Assembly (NCBI GenBank): GCA_964631955.1
Contig: CAZWBA010000002.1
Location: 12,508-76,507, forward strand
Origin: an uncultured Verrucomicrobiaceae bacterium
Lineage (GTDB): Bacteria; Pseudomonadota; Gammaproteobacteria; Pseudomonadales; CAMLJR01
Length of the DNA stretch: 64,000 nucleotides
Direction: 5' to 3'
Below the pieces are notes generated by a model, which saw only the letters and a list, made by a program, of their open reading frames with translations, did not search any database and was not told where the DNA came from. Numbering within the stretch: position 1 is the first letter of the stretch; each line of letters starts with the position of its first letter. Shown here piece by piece: positions 1-5,902 of this stretch. The position numbers and the translations under genes were made by a program.

Positions 1-92
1 GGAGATGGCGACTCGTGCTGCCATTGGTGCAAACGGCGCAACTCGGCTTCGATATCGATCAGCAGTGATGCGATTTGAATATGGTCAGTCAT
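1..92 (-). CDS. YqcC-like (DUF446) protein; N-terminal fragment, rest lies outside the window
   Basis: The minus-strand ATG at 92-90 translates to MTDHIQIASLLIDIEAELRRLHQWQHESPS. This resembles the N-terminus of E. coli YqcC-type proteins. Only about 30 codons are visible. Confidence 0.35.
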   Translation of the reverse strand, partial: MTDHIQIASLLIDIEAELRRLHQWQHESPS

Positions 93-108
93 GTAATAAC
101 TCGATGTA

Positions 109-235
109 GGCCTCCCCTATGCAATAGGGGAGGTGGCTCGCGTAGCGAGACGGAGGGGTCGTCTTTAAACATGACCCCCTCCCCCGTCGGGCATTTATGC
201 CCTCTGGGTACTCCCCCTATTTCATAGGGGGAGCC
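109..235. repeat. REPIN-like doublet of two inverted ~55-60 nt hairpin modules
   Basis: Module X (109-165) has a 9-bp stem, CCTCCCCTA(111-119)/TAGGGGAGG(125-133), a small GC hairpin, and GGAGGGGTCGTC. Module Y (171-235) is an inverted copy with stem CTCCCCCTA(211-219)/TAGGGGGAG(225-233) and the GGGCAT/ATGCCC hairpin. The same modules recur at 26657-26782. Confidence 0.6.
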
Positions 236-261
236 ACAAGCATTTACCGTGGAATAATTAA

Positions 262-346
262 CGCGCAATCTCGCGCGCACTCCTTCTTTCTGTTAGCGCG
301 AAATATCGCGCGTTCTCTACTGCTTTTCAGCGCGATATATCGCGCT
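262..346. repeat. Three GCGCG(A)-N4-6-(T)CGCGC palindromes phased at 34 bp
   Basis: The palindromes are CGCGCAATCTCGCGCG (262-277), GCGCGAAATATCGCGC (296-311) and AGCGCGATATATCGCGCT (329-346). Centres fall at about 269.5, 303.5 and 337.5. The flanking sequence also aligns as 2.5 copies of a ~34-bp unit. The third copy overlaps the last codons and stop of dinG. Confidence 0.5.
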
Positions 347-2534
347 TAAATGGCGGCAACGAATCGAGCATCGCACGCCCATACGTTTTGGTAACGATGC
401 GTCGATCAAGCAAAGTGATACGACCGCTATCGCTTTCGCTACGCAACAATCTGCCGCTCGCCTGCACCAGTTTCAAGGCCGCATCAGGCACCGCGATCTC
501 CATGAAAGGATTGCCGCCGCGGCTTTCGATCCACTCGGCGAGCGCCGCTTCGACCGGTTCATCCGGTACCGCGAAGGGGATTTTCGCGATGATCACATGG
601 CGACAATAATTGCCGGGCAAATCGACGCCTTCGGCAAAACTCGCCAGACCGAAAATAATCGATCCACTGCCGCCATCGATGACCGCCCGATGACGATTGA
701 GCAGCTCGTGCTTGCTCAACGTATCCTGCTGCAAAATTATTTGCTGCCACTGCGAATCGAGAGCCGCGTACACATCCTGCATCTGCTTGCGCGACGCGAA
801 CAGTACGAGCGTACCCTCCTTGCGATCGACCAATTGCGGCAGCATCGAAATGAGCATATCCGTGTGCTGCTGTGGATCGGTCGGATCGGCGCGCATAGGC
901 GGCACCGCTAACACCCCCGCTGAGGCGTGATCGAACGGGCTTGGCACCGCGGCGAATTGCGCCTCGCGCGGCACACCCGAGCGCACAATAAAACGCTCGA
1001 AACTGCCGAGCGCCGTCATCGTCGCCGAAGTCACAATGGCACCCGCGCAACGCGACCACAAATGATGCATCAATGTACTGGCTGCAATGATGGGGCTGCA
1101 ATGCAAGGCGATATCGAAACTGCCGATAGTATTTTCGTGCGCAACCAGCCAACGCGCGCGTGGCGGCTTTTCTTCGCTCGTGTCTTTATCGCTGGGCGCA
1201 CGCGCATAATGAAACCATAATTCGCGATTCGAATCCGCGCGCGAACGCAGCATCGCGATCGCGGGCAGCCAGCGCTCAGCCTCGTCGCGATCGACATTAC
1301 TGCCGCTATCGATCGCATCCTCCAGCGCCGCTGCAGCGCGCCCTAAACGTTCTTCCAACTCTCCGAACGACTCGTGCAACTGCGCGGCATGCTCGCGTAA
1401 AAAATCGGGAACCACTCCGTGTTCGAACCGATAATTTATCGCATCGCGGCGCTTATCATCGCGCCGCGGACGTGAATTCGCCCGCGATGAAGATTGCTCC
1501 GCATTTTCGCTGGCCTCCAGCAATAACGCTTCCAGCGCAGGCCGCACCGCCGAAAGCGTTTGCCGCAAATCATGAATAATCGATGGAATAACTTCCAGGT
1601 TGCGCGAAAGGCTGTCGGACCCCGATAAATCGGCACTCGCGCTGGCGATCAATTTAATACTTTGTTCAAGCCATTTATCGGTGGCGCGCATACGGCTCGA
1701 ATACGCGAAATGATCGCGCGCCTTATCGGGCAGATGATGTCCCTCGTCGAACACGTACAACGTATCTTCCGGCGACGGCAGAATCGCACCGCCGCCCAGC
1801 GCGAGGTCGGCGAGCACGAGATCGTGATTGGTGACGATGACATCGGCATCGCCGAGCGCATCGCGCGCCTTGAAAAAGCTGCACTGGCGCACATGCGGGC
1901 AGCGCCGACCCGTGCACTGTGCGTGATCGGTCGACACGCGCGACCACAATGCTTCTTCGACCTGCTCGGGCCATTGATCGCGATCGCCGTCCCAGGCGCC
2001 GCTGCCGAGCGCCCCGATCATTTTTTCTAACACATCCATCGTGCCGCGATCGAGCTGCATCTGCAGCTCGTCAGGATAGAGTGCGAGCGTCGGATCGGAA
2101 CCGGGATTCGATGCCAGCGTGTTATCGAGCTTCAATAGACACAAATAGCGGCCGCGACCTTTTGCGAGCGCAAACGTAAACTGCAACCCGCCGTTTTCGC
2201 GAAGATCAGGTAAATCCTTGTAAACGATTTGCTCCTGCAGAGCGACCGTTGCGGTGGCGATCACGAGCTTTTTTTCGAGCGCCTGCGCGACGGGAATTCC
2301 CGCCACGCTGTACGCCAGCGTTTTACCCGTACCGGTACCCGCTTCGATAACCGCTATGGCGCTGCTGTTTTTTTCTTCTGCGGATTTATCGTGTTCAGAA
2401 TCGGCGGTGCTGGCCAGTGCACGCGCCACTTCGGCAATCATCAGGCGCTGACCGTAACGCGCCTTCACTCCCCGGCTGTCGAGCCAGCGGCGATACGATT
2501 GCTGTATCGCCTCCTTTACCGCATCGGTCAACAT
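327..2534 (-). CDS. dinG: ATP-dependent DNA helicase DinG (Rad3/XPD-like, Fe-S helicase)
   Basis: 735-aa ORF. It has a Walker A motif (EAGTGTGKTLAY), a DEGHH box (VFDEGHHL), a Cys cluster (CTGRRCPHVRQC), and overall collinearity with E. coli DinG. Confidence 0.9.
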   Translation of the reverse strand: MLTDAVKEAIQQSYRRWLDSRGVKARYGQRLMIAEVARALASTADSEHDKSAEEKNSSAIAVIEAGTGTGKTLAYSVAGIPVAQALEKKLVIATATVALQEQIVYKDLPDLRENGGLQFTFALAKGRGRYLCLLKLDNTLASNPGSDPTLALYPDELQMQLDRGTMDVLEKMIGALGSGAWDGDRDQWPEQVEEALWSRVSTDHAQCTGRRCPHVRQCSFFKARDALGDADVIVTNHDLVLADLALGGGAILPSPEDTLYVFDEGHHLPDKARDHFAYSSRMRATDKWLEQSIKLIASASADLSGSDSLSRNLEVIPSIIHDLRQTLSAVRPALEALLLEASENAEQSSSRANSRPRRDDKRRDAINYRFEHGVVPDFLREHAAQLHESFGELEERLGRAAAALEDAIDSGSNVDRDEAERWLPAIAMLRSRADSNRELWFHYARAPSDKDTSEEKPPRARWLVAHENTIGSFDIALHCSPIIAASTLMHHLWSRCAGAIVTSATMTALGSFERFIVRSGVPREAQFAAVPSPFDHASAGVLAVPPMRADPTDPQQHTDMLISMLPQLVDRKEGTLVLFASRKQMQDVYAALDSQWQQIILQQDTLSKHELLNRHRAVIDGGSGSIIFGLASFAEGVDLPGNYCRHVIIAKIPFAVPDEPVEAALAEWIESRGGNPFMEIAVPDAALKLVQASGRLLRSESDSGRITLLDRRIVTKTYGRAMLDSLPPFKRDISR

Positions 2535-2540
2535 CGCCGC

Positions 2541-3713
2541 TCAATTACCCGCCGACGCCGCGCCATTCAATTTGCTGACGATCGGGTTGGCATAAATAGC
2601 CAGCGCAAAATCGCGATGCTCGACCGGCAGCGCCTCGATACGCTGCGCAAATTTTTGTTGAATGATGCGATGCTCCTCTTCGCGAAACGGAACATGCTTC
2701 GCACCACACGGCAGATCGGGATAACGACCGTGCAAAATTTTGTACGCAAAAAAATTGGTCGGATGCAAAACGTAATTCGCGATGACCTGACGGTCGACCT
2801 CAGCGGCGACATCTTCCGGCTCGGCGAAATTACCGTGCAACGGTTTGCCAAAGCTCACATGCACATCGCCTTTGGTGCCGGTAATACCGAGCGCGATGCT
2901 TTTCAGATCTTCATGTTCGGCTTTCTGATAAGTGCCCTGCCTGGCCTTTTCGTAAAGCTCGCGCGCTTTCGCACCGTCGCAAGGATCGTATTCGTACGAG
3001 ATCGCAATCGGCACGATATGCAGACAATTGACAAAATCGGCAAACGATTCGACCGATTTATTCTGCGCAATCGTCAGCATCTTGATGATCGCAGGCTCAG
3101 TGCTGTCGAGACCGTCTTTTGCCCGCCCTTCACGCTGCGCAATCCAGACAGAACTGTTTTCGTTTTCGATGGAATGGCGAATGTAACCCGAAAGCTGCCT
3201 GTATGCCGCCAGCATTTGCCGCGGCCCTTTGGTCGAGCGTTTGACGATGAAACTTTTGTTGAGCCGCATCAAATCGGCGGCGAAGGGTTTCGATAACAAA
3301 TTATCGCCAATCGCGATGCGCACCGTGTCGCGATCGTTGTGATAGAGCGCGTAATTGACGAAGGCGGGATCGAGCGCGATATCGCGATGATTGCTCATGA
3401 ACAGATACGACTGTCGCGCGCCGAGTTCAGCCAGGCCCGAGGTAGTGAACTCATCGGTGCTGCTTTCGATCATCCGGTCCATGTATTTTTTGACGAGCGT
3501 CTGCACACCGAAAACGTTATCGACATTTCTCAGTTCGCGCCGTAACAGCCAGTTCACAACGGGGCGCACGAGCCCGGGAAAGCGCGCCGTCAGTTTCGGC
3601 AGCTTCAGTCTGGCCAGACTTTCGAGGAACTCGGGATCGCGCAATAAACGATCCAGAACGGGACGCACTTCGGCGTCGTGATACGGGCGAATATCGGCAA
3701 ACGGATCGGTCAT
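2541..3713 (-). CDS. Glycerol/lysophospholipid acyltransferase family protein (PlsC-like)
   Basis: It carries the acyltransferase HX4D motif (SNHRDIALD). The ORF is open to 3785, but I prefer the ATG at 3713 (MTDPFADIRPYHDAEV), which matches remembered homolog N-termini. The start is uncertain. Confidence 0.75.
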   Translation of the reverse strand: MTDPFADIRPYHDAEVRPVLDRLLRDPEFLESLARLKLPKLTARFPGLVRPVVNWLLRRELRNVDNVFGVQTLVKKYMDRMIESSTDEFTTSGLAELGARQSYLFMSNHRDIALDPAFVNYALYHNDRDTVRIAIGDNLLSKPFAADLMRLNKSFIVKRSTKGPRQMLAAYRQLSGYIRHSIENENSSVWIAQREGRAKDGLDSTEPAIIKMLTIAQNKSVESFADFVNCLHIVPIAISYEYDPCDGAKARELYEKARQGTYQKAEHEDLKSIALGITGTKGDVHVSFGKPLHGNFAEPEDVAAEVDRQVIANYVLHPTNFFAYKILHGRYPDLPCGAKHVPFREEEHRIIQQKFAQRIEALPVEHRDFALAIYANPIVSKLNGAASAGN

Positions 3714-3815
3714 TCTTAGGGGACGCATGCGTAAACAAGTGGCGCGAACCTTACCGGATCGGCGGGAATTCGTCACGCTTGCCATCGCCCCCGTAAAATC
3801 CGCGTCGATTTGCGC

Positions 3816-3844
3816 TTGACGCTACAATGCCTCGCCCGTATGAT
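3816..3844 (+). promoter_or_regulatory. Candidate sigma70 promoter upstream of tRNA-fMet
   Basis: TTGACG (3816-3821), a 17-nt spacer, then TATGAT (3839-3844). This sits about 90 nt upstream of the tRNA 5' end. Confidence 0.35.
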
Positions 3845-3935
3845 GCGCGCCTGCTTTGCGGCAGCCCAATGACGCAAAACAGCGGACGAAGAATTAACAC
3901 GGTCTTCGCCAGTAAATACCAGCGTGTTGATGGAT

Positions 3936-4012
<77 letters not shown>

Positions 4013-4020
4013 AATTCTTC

Positions 4021-4056
4021 AAAGGGTTACACGTATAAGCGCGTAGCCCTTTTTAA
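4021..4056 (+). terminator. Hairpin plus T-run after the tRNA
   Basis: AAAGGGTTAC (4021-4030) pairs with GTAGCCCTTT (4043-4052) with one G:U pair, followed by TTTTAATTT. Confidence 0.5.
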
Positions 4057-4120
4057 TTTGCGAAGCACATGTAACCTATATGTAAGCTTTTTATAGGTAC
4101 GCCATAAAGAAAATTAGCGT

Positions 4121-4363
4121 TTATTTTCGTTTGTGAAATTTTTCAAGCTCATGCACTAACGTTGAAGGCGAAATCCCCAAGCCCTCACAAAGAACAAAAA
4201 GTGTCCGCAATGTGGGCTGCCTAAGCCCTCTCTCCAGCATTGAAACAAACGTACGATCTATACCGCATTCCAAAGCCAACCTTTCTTGGGACAACCCTTT
4301 CTCCACCCGATGCTTTCGCAAGGCGTTGCCGAAAATCACTTCTAAATTATCGAACCCATCCAT
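4121..4363 (-). CDS. XRE-family helix-turn-helix transcriptional regulator
   Basis: 80-aa ORF with a typical Cro/CI HTH (LSQERLALECGIDRTFVSMLERGLRQPTLRTL). Confidence 0.85.
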   Translation of the reverse strand: MDGFDNLEVIFGNALRKHRVEKGLSQERLALECGIDRTFVSMLERGLRQPTLRTLFVLCEGLGISPSTLVHELEKFHKRK

Positions 4364-4379
4364 TGCGACAGGCTCGTAT

Positions 4380-4416
4380 GTTGAAGACTAATCATCCACG
4401 GACTATAGTCTTCAAC
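4380..4416. promoter_or_regulatory. Perfect 11-bp inverted repeat; operator candidate between the XRE gene and the lipoprotein gene
   Basis: GTTGAAGACTA (4380-4390) and TAGTCTTCAAC (4406-4416) are exact reverse complements separated by 15 nt. They lie in the 81-bp divergent intergenic region. Confidence 0.4.
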
Positions 4417-4444
4417 CTTACCCGCTCTAAACGGAATGAATCAC

Positions 4445-4977
4445 ATGAAAAAACTAGGCGTAATCATTCTGTCTATCGCCTTGAGCGCCTGCATTACAAA
4501 CTATGGAGATACCACCCCCGATAAGGTCGCAGCATCAGTTACTTTGCTAAATTCTGATTTCGATTCAACCAAAGAGTGGGGGGCCCCATAATTAGAAGTA
4601 CAACTCCACAGGGACCTTTTGTCGATGTGCTGGAAGTGCGAATTCGGACTATTCAAGACAAAAAAACCAACTTAACAAATTATCAAATTTATACAACTAT
4701 AGGCTATCAAGGAAGCTGGAGGTTTTACGAGCAGGTTAATTTCCTAGGGGGAGAACAGCAAAAGCTTATTGTCATTAATCGCAATGTAGAGTTTTGCTCC
4801 GGCTCCAGCTGTCACCATAAAGAAACAGTGGGATTTGACATAGCAGAAGCAACTCTAAAAGCCGCATCAGAACCTGGGCTAAGTTTTCGCTTAAACACCA
4901 AGATGGGGTTAAAAAATCAAGTCTCTATCTCTAGCAGCTACATCAAAGGATATTTAATGGCGATAAATCAACCTTAA
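4445..4977 (+). pseudogene. Lipoprotein gene split by a frameshift at a G6C4 tract
   Basis: The ATG at 4445 gives MKKLGVIILSIALSAC (lipobox LSAC) and stops at 4589-4591. The rest of the protein is the 4576-4977 ORF in another frame, which is open from 4558. Adding one G to the run at 4578-4583 would fuse them into a lipoprotein of about 177 aa. Confidence 0.6.
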
Positions 4978-4988
4978 CGCCAAACAAT

Positions 4989-5900
4989 TTATATTCGAAC
5001 TCTATCCATTGCCTCAGTAAAAGAAATATTGCCATCTCTCATATCTCTTTTTATGGCGTCTATATCACCAGGAGTAGGCAAACCCTTAACAAGCACTTGG
5101 CATTTGAGCGATAACCGATTTAAAAATTTGTTTATCTCATCTAAAATATGTTCGCGTAATACTGCTTGAGCACGTCTAAAACTCAACAATTTATCTAAAG
5201 TATAATACTCGGTACAAATTTCCTGAGTCATATCTCGACCATTCCATCCCCAAGTACTCGTTACTTTATTCATGTAAATTTTCTGCATACGCATGTATGT
5301 AGAAAAATCAAAATTATGTGAGAAGCCTTCCCGCTCAATATTCCTGAGATAAAATCTTGGGCCTACTCCATTGTATTTTTTTAGCCCTTTGAGAACACAC
5401 CTGAATCCAACAACCCCACCTAGGGATTTTGGCATCCTTACTGTCAGCATTCTCGACCTTCCAACAAAAACACATTTCTTTTTACAAAAAGCCCAATCAG
5501 CAGGAGGAACAACTTGCAAAAAAGAAAACCCCAAGTTGAAAACATGTTGTGCTGCGACACCATGGACATGAGCAAAGCCATCATCCATTACAATTTCAAA
5601 AACAGCTTTTCCTGTATCTACAAGATATGCAGCGATATATTCGACTGCACTACAAACAGTATCAACAGCATCATATCTATCGTATTCACCTATTGATCCC
5701 AAAACTTTAATAGCTATTTTGCAATCTTCTTCCTCTCCACGAATGTCGATAGAAAAACCTTTCTGCGTTGATCGTCCCCCAATTGGCATAATCCCAAGGG
5801 TGATATCTTCGGTGAACATATGAAGATTCGGAGAAATCTCCTGTCGTGATGAACAACTAGGAAAAAACAAAAACATTGAAGGCTTAATAGATTGCGGCAT
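4989..5900 (-). CDS. Hypothetical 303-aa soluble protein; downstream partner of the 860-aa gene
   Basis: Long ORF in AT-rich DNA, where spurious ORFs are unlikely. Its ATG lies 2 nt after the stop of the upstream gene. I see no TM segment and no recognisable catalytic motif. Confidence 0.7.
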   Translation of the reverse strand: MPQSIKPSMFLFFPSCSSRQEISPNLHMFTEDITLGIMPIGGRSTQKGFSIDIRGEEEDCKIAIKVLGSIGEYDRYDAVDTVCSAVEYIAAYLVDTGKAVFEIVMDDGFAHVHGVAAQHVFNLGFSFLQVVPPADWAFCKKKCVFVGRSRMLTVRMPKSLGGVVGFRCVLKGLKKYNGVGPRFYLRNIEREGFSHNFDFSTYMRMQKIYMNKVTSTWGWNGRDMTQEICTEYYTLDKLLSFRRAQAVLREHILDEINKFLNRLSLKCQVLVKGLPTPGDIDAIKRDMRDGNISFTEAMDRVRI

Positions 5901-5902
5901 CG

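Noticed and set aside
89-280. 63-aa ORF across the first REPIN-like element.
   Set aside because: It is read entirely through palindromic repeat DNA. The equivalent repeat at 26657-26782 is in the opposite orientation and cannot encode the same peptide.
262-346. Possible mini-CRISPR array, because of regularly spaced palindromic repeats.
   Set aside because: There are only three copies. The repeats are 16-18 bp and the spacers about 16-18 bp, both far shorter than CRISPR units. No cas genes or leader are present, and one copy lies inside dinG coding sequence.
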